Shown piece by piece: positions 24,464-37,915 of a DNA stretch of 64,000 nt. Numbering within the stretch: the stretch's first letter is position 1; each line of letters starts with the position of its first letter. Source of the stretch: Rhizophagus irregularis. Lineage: Eukaryota. Where the stretch lies: NCBI RefSeq assembly GCF_026210795.1, contig NC_089436.1, forward strand, positions 1,860,001 to 1,924,000. The letters run 5' to 3'. Position numbers and translations under genes: made by a program. Under the pieces are notes generated by a model. That model was not told the DNA's origin, searched no databases, and saw only the letters and a list, made by a program, of their open reading frames with translations.

Positions 24464-26910
24464 TTATGCTCCCTTAGCTTTTGGTGCTGCTTTGGCAGGT
24501 GCTGCTTTGGCTTTGGCAGGTGCTCCTTTGGCAGGTGCTCCTTTGGCTGGTGCTGGTGCTGCCGCTTTAGCTGGTACTCCATCATCAGTGGCTGTTCCTT
24601 TTGCTTTCGCGCCCTTGGCGGGTCCTTTTGGACATTTTCCTACAACGGCTATAAACGAAAAAAAAAAAAAAAATTTTAATATTTTTTTTTAAATAAAATA
24701 AAATAAAAATTTCTATAAATAAATAATTTTTACTTACGCATTGGATCATTTACACCAGGATTTTTGAAAGCATTAGCTTGTACATTAATAACATTTGTAT
24801 TTCTTTCAATAATTGTTTTCATGGTTACAGTTTTAATTAAAGCTTTTTCTTCTGCGGTAAAAGTATCTCCTTCATACCAAAATCTATCACCGTAACGTTT
24901 CTTTTCAAATTCTTCTTTAATTATATTTGCAATTGTTGGTGGAAGTGGAGCTGTTGGTGATTGTTTATCTTCTGCAAACATTCCAATTATAGCATCGATA
25001 AGATTAACTTTTGTATAAAAGCTTTTAAGATTTGTTGCTACCGTTAAGTTACTGGTTATTAATGAGAAACATTCTATGGAATCTTCTGCTGCATTTATAT
25101 CACATACTGGATTACTGTATAAATCTCCTGCTGGATGATAAACTGCTCGATATTGATTATAAGGTTGAAGTCCAGACAATCGACCTAATTAATTTAAAAA
25201 AAAGTTGATTTTAATAACACGTACAATTTTTTTTTTTAAAAAAAAATCTGAAAATTTTATTTTATTACCTCTTGCAATGTCTACGGCGAATAAATCAATA
25301 AGAGCAGGCATATGTCTTATAGGAGTTGTAATTAATAAATCAAATTCGGCGGCTAATTCTCTCAACATACTAACAACAATATTATCAACACCATTTGAAG
25401 TTCCACCAGCTAAAGCAATCATACGAGCGGGAGTATAATCAAGTTGATCATGAGTTAACGGAGAATTTGGTGGTGGGTCAACAGAAATAGATCTACCGAT
25501 ATAAAAGAATCTATTTGGATGAGAATCTGCAGTTTGATAATCTGGATGTAAAGGAATAAGTTCTTCTGTACATCCGTCAACAATATTATAAGGACGAACT
25601 TGAGAGTGACCATAACGGAAAGCAGCAGCGGCGAATACAACTGAAGTATCAACATAAATATTTTGATCGTAACCACCATAAGGAGGCATTTTAAATCCAA
25701 GTGCAGCTGGTAAAAATTCTTCATATACGATATGTTGATATTCTGCAATTGTCATTCTACGTGCTTGTTGATAAATTGCTTCATCATTTCCAACTAATTT
25801 CGGATTTTTTGCAACAACTTGTTTTGCTTGAAAATTATGTTCTCTTATCCAAATAGTATGCATAATGGCCAATTGAACATTTTCGGAAGCTCTAGAATCA
25901 CCACTAACCATTGCTTGTTCAACAGGAATTGGAGGAGCATTTAAACTTGGGAATACATTTGTATCTTGTGGACTTGGAGCAACATTTTCTACGGTAATAT
26001 TTAATATTTTTGCATTATATACACCACCATTTGCTACAAATTTTGATAAAGTCAATGTTCCATCTTTCTTATCACGTAAACCATCACCATCATCAGGATT
26101 ATTTCCGTAAACTGCAGAAAGATCAAGATATGAATTTGCCTTATTTGCAGGATAAAGTGTTGAATTTAATACTCTTCCAAGTGAAAGAGTTGCTGTCATA
26201 TCTAGAAGAAAATAAATTGATTGTTATTACAATTTGCGTAATTTACATTATACTGCGCCATAAAAAAAAAATTTTTTTTTTTTACTTACATTGAGTTGCA
26301 TTAGGATTCCATATATTACCAGGTTGAGTATTATATACAATATCATTGGTTACATCAGCAATAGAAATTCCAGGTGTTGAACTTTGAAGAGCAGCATCTT
26401 CAAGGTCATGATTAATTAATTGTCCAAAGAACTATATGATTTTCAAATTAATTTCAGGTTAATTTTCAAGTTTTTTTTTTTAAAAAAAAGGGTAATAAGA
26501 AATTAACTTACAATTTCAAATATATTCTTTCTTGTAGTGCTAAGAACATCATCACCTAATGGATTACCAGTAAATGTTGGAGGTAAACCATTATCACCTA
26601 ACACATTACTTAGTTGTCTACAATCAATAGTTAATTTTGGAGCGCCAGAGAAATTATCTTGATAATATGCAGGGAAGAATCCACGATCGTATACACGATT
26701 TGGTGCTCCCCAATTATTATGTAAAATATTATTACAGGTACCATCGTATGAACGAACTGTTAAATCTGTTCCATTACATGTCCATATTGGAGGAGGTTCG
26801 TCTAATCCACTAGTACCATCATCATATGCTGATTGTTGAATAGAAATATCGATGAAATAATGTAAAAGAATACATGATAGAATCAAATATTTAAATTTAA
26901 ATTCAATCAT
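24464..26910 (-). CDS. Secreted heme peroxidase of the peroxidase-cyclooxygenase (animal peroxidase) superfamily, 5 exons, Pro/Ala/Lys-rich tail
   Basis: Signal peptide; RSYDGTCNN..HNNWGA; FFGQLINHDL (distal Q/H); SYLDLSAVYG; GDSRASEN; HTIWIREHN; AAFRYGHSQV (proximal H); DLFAVDIARGR; GDRFWYE. Confidence 0.92.
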
Positions 26911-28545
26911 CCTCTATTAACAAAAAAAATTAATAATAATAAAATAATAATAAAATTTTTTTTTAAAAAAACAAAAGGTTGAAGAAAAAAATAAAACCCT
27001 TTTTTTTTACATTAATTGGATTATATATAATTTTTTTTTTTTTAACCAAAAACATTTGTTTATATTATTATTTACTTTAGACGAACATAATCTATTTAAA
27101 GAGTACAATATGCACTTATCTATATGCACCTTTTAATATTAATTAGGGTAGATCACCAATCGTCCCTTTTTTTTTGTATCTATTATTAGTAACCATATCT
27201 TACCATTTTTTAACATAAAGACCAAACTTGGTAAATTCTACTTTAAAAGACTTTTCCGTGGAAATACCGAAATATAGATAAAAATATTCATTTTTGTTAC
27301 ACGAAAATGTCTTTTCATTGAATTCTTCCGCGGATTTTTCTTTAATAAGTTCATTCGTTAATTTAAAAAAGAAAAAAAGAATTCTCGAAAAAGGGTTTAA
27401 TATAAATATGGGGATTTTAAAAGAAATAACCGAAATAAACGAAATAAACTGGTAACCATGATTTTCCGCATAGATATACTGTATATATATATATAAAAAA
27501 CTTAAAAATTTTTTAGTTTAGTTTCATTTGATAAAATTTTATACCGATATTCCGATATTTTGATAATGATTTATAATAAAAAAAAAATCTTTTTTTTTTC
27601 TTTCGTTTTCATATGTTATATTTAAAAAATATTTAAATTTAATAAACCCCTCCCATCATTCCTTTATCCTTATGAAATCTTTTGAAATATTTAAATAATA
27701 TTTCATGAAAATAAGATTTGACACATATAATGGTCCCTTCCAAAAAAAGTCTAGTATATCATTGTCATAATGGTAAATAATAAAGTTTAGACTTTAGACA
27801 ACTTTGGAGACCGGGTATACTAATTAGCAGTCAAGTAGACTGCCAAGAAATCCGACAATTACATAATGAATCCATGACGTATTTATTATTATTATTAATT
27901 GTTTTTTTTTTCGCTAATGTTTCTTGAGAGATGAGATTATTAAGGAAAAATTTTTTATTTTTTTTTATTTTGAATATTTGAATTTGTATAAACCCAAATT
28001 CGAAATGTTGATTGGATCGGGATATATTTGAATCGTATAACTTTCTAAAAGAAAAACAATTACGGTTTCAATCGGTCCGAGGAATTAAGTCTTGGCGAGA
28101 TTTTCCATTTTAACTAACAAAGTAGAACCTGATTTCAATTGTAAACCGATAAATTTTCCATCATTTGAAATAGGAAATTTTATTTATAAAATTATGATCA
28201 AGTTCATAGTGTGAATGGAAAAAAAAAATAAAATAAAAATATCAACCTTAATAAAGTAATTTTAACTTAAAAAATTTATCACTGCATTAACGATCACACC
28301 TTCTTAATTAAACACAATATTAATTTTAACAAATTATGTTAATATTGCATTGGTGTGACAAGTAGATCTTAAATAAGTCTAATAAGTCTTTGTCTTTTCA
28401 ATGTCTAATTAATTCGGGTTTAAAAACCGAACCTTCTGATCTTCTGCTCGTAGCATTCCCGGTGTAACACAATCGTGATACGTACAAATTTTTTTTTTAA
28501 AAAAAAATTGATAATCAGATGATTATTCTGGGAAAGAAAAAAAAA

Positions 28546-30339
28546 ATGACGAACGCTCAAGGCACGACCGAAGTTCGGTGAATAAACTTCATTTTTTGAG
28601 AGCTTTGTTAGAACTGTTTTTTTTAATATACATATATATTCATTACAATTTTATAGATCGCAAATAAATGTTTCAACCCTTGAGAAATATTTGTTAACAA
28701 AAATTTCAAATTTCAAACCTCCTTTAATAGTTCGCCAATTTAAATTTGGACAAAGTAATCCAACTTATCTCTTGTTTGATTCAAAGTAAGATGAACTTTA
28801 ATAACTAAATGATTCTTAATTACTTTAATTATTCTGAAATACTTTAATTACCCTTATTACTTAATTACTTTAATAATTCTGAAAATACTTTAATTACTCT
28901 AAATTACTTAATTGCTCTAATTATTCCTAATTACTTACCTTAATTTATATCAGTAAGACACGATATGTACTTCGAAAAAAACCACCAGGTTCATTACTTT
29001 CAAGTACTGCTCATGCTGTTGAACGAGAATTTCGTGTTTTGGATGCATTAGGCAAAAATACCAACGTTCCTGTTCCCAAAGTTTATCTATTATGTGAAGA
29101 TAATTCAATCTTAGGAACTCCTTTCTATGTAATTATTCCTTTTAACATATTGTTTTTCTTTTATATATAATTATTTAATTAAAGATTTTTTTTTTCCTTA
29201 GGTGATGGAATTTTTAGAAGGAAGAATTTTTGAAGATGTTCGATTATTATCACTTTCTCAAGAAGATCGATATAAATGGTATTTTTATTTTATTTTATTT
29301 TATTTTATAAAAAATAAGATCATAATTTTTCTTTAACTCGGATTTTTTTTTTAGCTGGTATTCAGCTATTGATACATTAGCTAAACTTCATTCTGTTGAT
29401 TATAAAGCAATTGGATTAGAGAATTATGGAAAATCTTCGGGATTTTATTCACGTCAATTTCGTTCTTTAGTTAAAGTATCAACGATTCAAGCTAATATTA
29501 AAGATGAAAATGGTAGTGAAGTTGGTCCATTACCTAGACTTGATGATATGATTAGATGGTTTAAAAAGAATGAAATTGATGATGAAACTACCATTGTACA
29601 TGGAGATTTTAAGGTAAAATCAATGTTGGTCACTTTATAAGTCCAGTTATTTTTTGATTGGATTTGAATGTCCAGTTTTACAAGTCCAGTTTTACAAGTC
29701 CAATTTACAAATCCGATTTACAAGTCCAGTTTTATAATCCAATTTAGTCCAATTAGCCAACACTGGATAAAATTATATAATAATAATAATAAACATACAT
29801 ATATACACACACATATAATTAATAATAATTTTTTTTTTATTAGTTAGATAATCTGATATTCCATCCAACAGAACCAAAAGTTATTGGAGTTTTAGATTGG
29901 GAATTATCAACAATTGGACATCCTTTATCAGATTTGGCAAATTTATTAATGAATTTTTATACAAAAGAAAATTATTCAGAAAAAATGATAGGTTTATTTG
30001 ATATTCCTGATTTACCAATTCCTTCGGCTAATGAATTAATTAAATTATATTGTGATAAGTCGAAAAGAGATTATCCTATACATAAATTTGAATTTTGTAT
30101 TGTATCTTCATTTTTTAGGGTAAGTTCAATTATATAAATTTTCATTTATTATTCAATCTGATTAATTGAAATTTATAAAGTTGGCAGTTATCACTCAAGG
30201 CATTGCAGCTAGAATTGCTAGGAATCAAGCTAGTTCCGCTCAAGCTAAAGCTTACGCAAAAATGTTTAAACCCACGATGATTCGTGGATTAGAAATTATG
30301 GATGAATGTGGTGATTTATCACCGAAAGGAAAACTTTAA
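28546..30339 (+). CDS. Stand-alone ACAD10/11-like aminoglycoside-phosphotransferase-fold kinase, multi-exon
   Basis: [92 protein letters not shown]; ends ...KGKL*. Confidence 0.9.
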
Positions 30340-30503
30340 TTAAGATAAAGATTGAATTAAATTAAATATTTATAGATACTGGAATTTATTATAATATATA
30401 CACTTTTTAAGAACATCACCTTCTCTAACTTTAAAAACATTCTGAACTTGAATACAGAAAAATACAGCAAAAAAAAAGAAAATTAAAAATTAAATTAATT
30501 TTT

Positions 30504-31621
30504 TTAAACTCTACAATTATCAATCTTAAACAACATAATATCTCTTGCACCAATTTCTTCCAATTTATCCATAATTTCAGCTACTTCTTCTTTTACTACC
30601 ATACTTTGAACTTCAACCCAATTACCATCATCTAAAGGACTAATCGTAGGAGCTTGACGACCTGGTGTAATTTTTGTTGCTTCTCTAAGATTATCTCTTA
30701 TAATATTATAATTTAATAAAACATATTTTTTTGCTGCTATTACACCCTTAAGTCGAGAAGTTATTTTAGAAACTAAATATGGATTGGCAGGGTTTTTGTT
30801 TCGAATTAAAATGGCTTGTGTTTCAAGTACTGTTGAAATTGCATGTAAACCTGCTACTTTCATTGTTTCTCCGGTTTCTATGAGTAGGAGAATGTTAATT
30901 TTTTAGTTTAAATATGTAGAGAAAAAGTTTTTAAATAACTAATCAACACTTACCAACTAAATCGACTAAATAATTAAATTAAAAATTTAAAAAAATTTTT
31001 TTTTTTTTAATAAAATTAATAAAATTAAAATTATAAAATTTCTTTTATAATAATACTATACTTTTTAATTATATTTAATCAAATCAACTTACCGATACCA
31101 TCAGCCAATCCAAGAGCGCAAGCAGCTTCAACGCTACCACTAACATATTCAATTTTAGTTTTTTTACCTTCATCTTTTTCTTTATCAGTTAAATTATCTT
31201 TATCTAATTGAGAAAAATATTTTGAAGATAAAACATCAAAACTAGTTACAACTTTTTTACCAACTAATTCTTCAACTTTATTTATACCACTTTTAATAGG
31301 TACTTGTACTTGTAATTTACAATGACCAAAACCTAATTCCATAATTTCATCAATTTTATCACTAACTTCACATTCTTCTACCATATCTTGACCTGTTATA
31401 CCCAGATCAACATTTCCATCTCCAACAAATTTTGCGATATCAGCTGCTGGAAGGAATATAAGTGCGAGAGGTAAATTTTTTACTAAGGCGATATCTAACC
31501 TATTATGACGATGAAAATTTATATCAGCTCCTTTAAGTAAAGATATACACTGTTCATGAAGTCGTCCTTTTTTTGGTATTGCGAATAATAAACGATCCGG
31601 AAGTTGATTTATTATATCCAT
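30504..31621 (-). CDS. HIS1: ATP phosphoribosyltransferase (long form); includes a 12-nt micro-exon
   Basis: RLLFAIPKKGRL, LPAADIAKFVGDGNVDLGITGQD, GSVEAACALGLADGIVDLVETGETMK, ITPGRQAPTISPL. Confidence 0.97.
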
Positions 31622-33010
31622 TTCTTTTTTTTTATTTGAAAAAGAGAGAGAGAGAAAAAAAATTTAAATTTTTTTTTTTTTAGATGGGACAAGATATTTT
31701 AATGCAAAAAGATGATTTGACAGATAAAGAAGTTATTGTCAATCATACAAGTGTAACTATTTTATAAAATGATCGTTACAGGTAAGCTTGCTAAGCCATT
31801 AAGCAAAGCCAATTCATCGATCAACAATCGGAATATATTTTCGGTCCATTCTATTATAACTTTTAAGAATCAAATGAATAAATTTGGTCAAGTCTCGTAC
31901 AAGTTTTGGACAGATTTTGGGACATTTTAAAATTTTAATATATTCCAAAACTTGTTGTCACTGCTGCTTTAAAAAATAATACCCGACATAAATAATTACC
32001 ACTAATCCTAAAATTAGTAATGAATCAAAAAAAAAATCCAAAAATTATAGTTGATTTTGATTAGTGCCATATTTATACCAATCAGAACACATTAGTACCA
32101 GGAGTACAAATTCAATGATGTATTAATTGTCAAATCACATGATGAAATGAACCAATGTTAACGTTCCCTTTTATATTATATAAATCCTTTGCACGGAATC
32201 ATTTAGGTACTTGGTAGTATCTCATTACGACCTGATATTAAATTACTAAAATTCTAATATAAGTAATGCAGGGATCAAACAGGTCAAACCAAACCTCTGA
32301 AGTTGTATATAGCGTTATACATCAGATTTCTATACTTGGCTACGCCATAACTAACATTAGTATAAAGGCAAAAGAATTCAGCTGGACTCTTTTCGTGTTA
32401 CTGTATACATACGGGTTCAAAGAAAGTAAGGTGATACAGAACACGATAGGCAACTTTTTTGCAGTTTGCTATGTATAATGCAAGTACTTGTTACACTGTC
32501 TATTAAAGAACAGATTTGCCATGTTTTTTCTAGAATTCTAAAGTTCTATATAAAGAAAACAGAGACCGATTTTATACCTCGTATTGCAAATAAAGTAATA
32601 AACGATGATTAAAATGATCAAATTAGTCAATAAATAAAGGCTGTATGTTAAATTATAATGATTCGTAATTGTTAAGTGATTGTAGATTATGGAAACGAAA
32701 ACAAAACGCGTAATCAATCATTTTCGTAAAACGGATGATATATACTTTTACATTTTTTTACTACACTCGACTGATGAAAACCTTTTTAGTAATACGAATA
32801 AAAATATGTACCCACGTTCCTATGATTTATATTAAATTTTTAGATTTTAGATTTATCTAGCATACATAGAAAAGATATAAATGGAAATGAATTGAATATT
32901 TTATTTACATTTGTATAAATCTTTTTCATTTTAAATCTTTTTTTTTTTCTCTTTCTCTTCTTTCACAAATAATTTCTTTATAATTATTTATTGTAATTTT
33001 ACATGTAAAT

Positions 33011-33424
33011 ATGAGTACGTATATAAATTCTCTCGAAACAAAATTTCATGAAAATACCAAAATACCTGTTCCATTGGCAGGTGAATCCTATTTTCATCGT
33101 CATCAACCAGTAAAGTTTAAAGTGGTTATTGAAGGAACCACCATAAAAGAGTATTCGGCGACTGGTAAAATATTTCTTACGGATAAACGACTTATGTTCA
33201 TCGCACAAGAACCTTTACATAATTTTGAAACGTTTCATGTAATGTTAAAAGATGTTTATTCATCTATAAAATCTCCCCCTCCTCGTTTTAAGAAGAAAAA
33301 AGTTTTTTCCGTGAGAATTAATATAGGAGATGAAGTTTTGATAATTTCGCTTCGTTATAAAAGTAAAAATTTGGGGGATAAAAAAATTTTTGAAGATTAT
33401 TATTCAATGTTAGTAAGAGTCTAA
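33011..33424 (+). CDS. Small PH-GRAM-like (WBP2-like) protein
   Basis: PVPLAGE..F...ATGKIFLTDKRLMFIAQ...FETFHVML resembles the WBP2/GRAM core. Confidence 0.65.
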   Translation: MSTYINSLETKFHENTKIPVPLAGESYFHRHQPVKFKVVIEGTTIKEYSATGKIFLTDKRLMFIAQEPLHNFETFHVMLKDVYSSIKSPPPRFKKKKVFSVRINIGDEVLIISLRYKSKNLGDKKIFEDYYSMLVRV

Positions 33425-34108
33425 TTGAACCATAAATCATTTATCATGTGATCCTTTAACCAAACGCGTGTATTTACTTATTTACTTATTAGTAAGTATT
33501 TAATACACTTCTTTAGTATTTATTATTTATCTGGTTTATTAATGTAAAGTATAAAATTTTTAGTTCGAAACAACAGTCAATCAAATTTTTCTTTTTTTTT
33601 TCCAAATTTTCGAGAATTTTTTTTTTTTGGCGGTTTAGTTTTCATGCGAGATCATTTGATCATTTGTAGATATTTTTAATTTTATTTTTAATTTTATTGA
33701 TTTGGCTTGTTCTCGACTTTTCTTTTTGCTATCCTATCGATAAAGTTAAAGTTTGTACCTCGGTTAAACTTTTGATTAACATATTTCGATTAATCGAAAT
33801 TACCACGTGATAATAATAAAAACAAAGGCGTAAAAAAAAACGCCCATGTCTTACTATAGTATTCAGTATTATTATTATGTATTCAGTATCTGTTATTATT
33901 AATTACATTCAATAACTGAATAACTGATAAGCCGTTAACCCGATCGTTGATTATCTATCACATCACTAACGTTACCTTGTTACATAATTTACTAATTATA
34001 TAAGAGCAGGCTTTTTAAGCGGACCTTAACCGGTAACTGTACTTTTGTTTTCTTTACGACCATTTTTTTTTTAAACGATAAGAAAATAATATTTCAGTTT
34101 CAATAATA

Positions 34109-34542
34109 ATGGCAAACTTACTTCATTACAGTGGAGGATTTTTTGGTTTCCTCATCGTATGTAATTTATATTATTAATAATAATAAAAATAAATATTTAT
34201 ATTTATAATAATAAAAAAATATATTTTTATTTATATTCGATCATTTATTTTTTATTTTTATTTTTATTTTTTGTTTTTTTTAGTTTATTCTCGATATTTT
34301 TGCCATCTATGAAGTTTTCAAAAGTGAACGCACTTCAGCAGGAAAACTTCTCTGGACTTTACTTATCTTCTTTTTCCCAGTCTTTGGATTGATTTTTTAT
34401 TAGTAAGTAATTTAATTTAGTTATCTATTTCTAATTACAAAAATACAATTATTAATCATTTAATTATTTATTATTTAGCTTCTTCTCTGAACGTAAAAGA
34501 TATAATACCGAATATACAATTACTTATCAAACTATACCTTGA
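34109..34542 (+). CDS. Small two-helix membrane protein of PLDc_N type, 3 exons (~76 aa)
   Basis: Spliced: MANLLHYSGGFFGFLI/FILDIFAIYEVFKSERTSAGKLLWTLLIFFFPVFGLIFYY/FFSERKRYNTEYTITYQTIP*; KxxWxxxIxxxPxxGxxxY pattern. Confidence 0.8.
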
Positions 34543-35081
34543 ATTTGACATAATTTATATAAATAATTTAATAAGCTGTTTTCTTTTTTTTACACAATAC
34601 TTATTATATATATATAATTAGCTTTTTTTTTTATGTCAGAATTATAAATTATTTTTGTGCTCTGTTCTTAAAATAAAAAAAAGAAATTTTTTAAAAAAAA
34701 TTCTTTTTATATCAAAATGAAAGGAAAAAAAACAACAAAGGGAACCTTTTAATATGATTACCAAATATAATTACAATTAATTCACAAATGTAAAACGAAT
34801 AATAATGAAAAAAAAAGTATTATTAAGTATTATTTATTAAAAATTCACAAATTCACAAATTCCATATGTATAAATAAATTAATGTTGTTCAAAATTCACA
34901 TGATTTGAAGATTTTCTGTTCACATTTTTTTTTACCATAATACAGCAGCATTATACTTGGTTATTTAAAAAATTATTTTTCCGATTGGAACTTCGCGTAT
35001 TGACTTAAAATTAAGTATCATTTACTCTTAAAATTTTACTTTTTCACTTTGCGATTTAAAAAATAAAACAACTTTTACGTT

Positions 35082-36903
35082 ATGAATAAATATCGTGCTA
35101 CACACCAAAAACCAATTCGTTTGGTTCAACCATTTTTAAGAATATATAAACGTGTTTCTAGACATGGTTATAGACCAGAATATGGTTCTGCAGAATGGTG
35201 TGTTTATCAAGGTGGTGAACTTTGGTTAGAAGGTTTAAGAGTTTACCATAGAAATTCACAACATAGAGGTAAAAGAATAATAACAACTCAAAAAGACAGA
35301 GAGGCTTACACTGAAGCGCTTACATATTTTTTTAACGCTCTTGCAATAAATGAAGCTGGGTCTTATATATCAGCAGCAAGGGATATACTACATGAATTAT
35401 TTAGACAAAAAGATTTTGTAACAGAAGTTAGGAATATAGTTAAAACTGTTACAACTTCAGGTTCTTTTCTTGGAGTATATTCTGAAAAAAAATTTACTTC
35501 AATGATGAGATCTTTAAGAAATCAATTACAAAGTGAAGATCATAATGATATTGATAAAGCATTGGATTCTTTTCAACAAGGAATAATGTCCTCATTTGTT
35601 TGGTTAAAATTTGTACCAGATCAAGCTCAAACTGTCTTATTTACAAGATGTATAATTTATATCGCATGTATGAGAAAATTATTGGGTTTATATTTATTGG
35701 ATTTTATTGAAGGTTTCGCTATTCAAGCTTTAAATGGAATCCCAATTTCTTCAGTAATGGAAGTAAAACCTTTACGTTATAATTCTTCAATGACAGCAGA
35801 AACTGTTTTGACATCAGATGCAAGAACAAGAATTTATTCAAAGATCATAACTTCTCCAAAATGGGCTTTTTTATTAAGTTTAGAAATGTTGTCCCTATAT
35901 TATTTTAGATTTGCTCAAACTCTTGTGCAATCTCCAAATACAAATACTGAATCTATTCGTAATATCGTTCAATGGGCTATAGATATTTTAGAATGTAGCA
36001 AAAGTAATCCAACATTTCCTATAGATATACCGCTTGAAGATGATGATTCGTCAACTCCCAACATTCCTTTTCACTTTACTTTTCCATTCTATCAACTTTA
36101 TTATCCAAAGTAAGTACAAATAAACATTTATATATATTTTTTGAATTAACTTAATAAATTATTATTATTTGATTCTTTTTAGATATCAATTCAATCTTGC
36201 TACTGTTATGTTAGATTTAAGAAAATTCAAGCAAGCGAAACAATTGTTTTTAAAAGTTGGTAAAGAATATCGAGAAACAAACCGACCAATGGCAGCTCGT
36301 TCTTTATATAAAGCTGCAACATGTATTGTATTTGGATCTGATAGTGATATGCATCCAAATAAATTTGATATAAGTTTATTCCGAGAAGCTGCTAGTGAAG
36401 CAAATGAATTTAATGAAGAATTAGAAGAACAAGGAATATGGGTACAAATCGCAGAGATTGAAAATGTCAAAAAACCGGTAAATATTTTTATTTTTATTTT
36501 TATTTTTACTTATTTTGTTAAAAAAAATTTAAATATTCAAATTTTTTATTTTTTGTAGGTGCAAGATCTAACTAGAGATCTTCCTCAGGAAGGGTTATCA
36601 AAGACAGCTAGATTAGAAGTGTCCCCGATTAATAATGCACGTATAATGACACTAGATCCTGAGAATCTGAAAGGATATAAAGGATATGTAAATAATAAAT
36701 CAAAAACAAATGCTTCAAGGGGTGGTGAAGGAGAAAATCAAGTTATTGGTAATAAATGTGATTATTGTGGACAAATATCCACCACAATGCAATGTCCTTG
36801 TAAGAATGCAAGATATTGTGGTAAGAGTTGTCAAAAGGGAGATTGGAAAAGTCACAAAATTTCTTGTAGTTTTAGTAAGAAATCCGAAAATAAAAAGGAT
36901 TAA
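35082..36903 (+). CDS. MYND zinc-finger protein with a long helical (TPR-like) region, 3 exons
   Basis: C-terminal CDYC...CPCKNARYCGKSCQKGDWKSHKISC; ORFs 35082, 36169 and 36559 joined by GT-AG introns. Confidence 0.85.
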
Positions 36904-37915
36904 AAGAAGATTATGAAAAGGAGAATTAGTAAGAAGAGAGAAAATTTTTAATTTAATATGTTCTGATATACTGTGTATATTAAGTTTGAATTAATAGAAT
37001 TATAAACAACCTCTTTCTTCTTATCATAAAATTAGCATACATTTTATATCGTATAGTTTGTATATTATATCAAACTCTTTCTTCTTATCATAAATTAGCA
37101 TACATATTGTATAGTTTGTATATTTATATATTATATTTAGTAGTAAAATTTACGTATATACATAATATTAATATTTTTTCTCTTTTTAATGTTATATTAA
37201 TAGTAAAATACAATATACAGTATGATATAATAATATTAATTAATTCAATTAATTAAAGATAATATTTAAACTAGAATAATTTTATTGACAAATTTAAGCA
37301 TTATTATGAATTATTTGAACAAAATATATATTGTACCTACTAAATGTATAATATTCCATTCATCACAAAATTCTTTTTTAGAGGAATGCGAAATAACAAT
37401 ACGCGTAATAAAAAAACGCGTCAAAAATATTATTTCAAGAAAGGAAGAAAGGCAGGCAAACTGTCATAACAGAAACACAAGTACAAAGGTTAAAAATGCT
37501 CATCAAATGATCAGTAATGCACATCCCACCCTTCGGAAAACGGATACACCAAAAACGCGTAACTGGTGTATTTATGTATTGTGGACGCGATATTCATGTG
37601 ATCCGATTACGGTATCACTTTTAGGTAGATGTTTTCTAACTTTAGAACAATAGGTGATTGTTTTGCTGCTATTTAAGAAGTTGACTTTAATTACTTTAAT
37701 TAAGTTTACTCGTAACATAAACTTGCAACAATTTTTAACCGGCATGAAATATTTTTTACTACATATCATACGTATAAAAATGTCATGTAGTGGCATTTTT
37801 AATAATTAAAATTTTTCGTATAAATACATTAAAAACTTAAAAATATTATTAATAAAAAAAATCATAAATAAAAAAAAATTAATTTAAAAACATTTGAAAT
37901 TAATAGCAAGAATAA

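Noticed and set aside
24492..24692. Ala/Gly/Pro-rich plus-strand ORF
   Set aside because: Antisense shadow of the peroxidase tail exon
21337..26910. Bacterial or endosymbiont contamination for the ligase-peroxidase segment
   Set aside because: Both genes have spliceosomal introns and host-like composition and are contiguous with fungal genes
32139..32236. Box C/D snoRNA candidate (ATGATGA...CTGA) and nearby 70-aa ORF 32266-32478
   Set aside because: No convincing terminal stem or recognisable rRNA guide; the ORF resembles nothing I recognise
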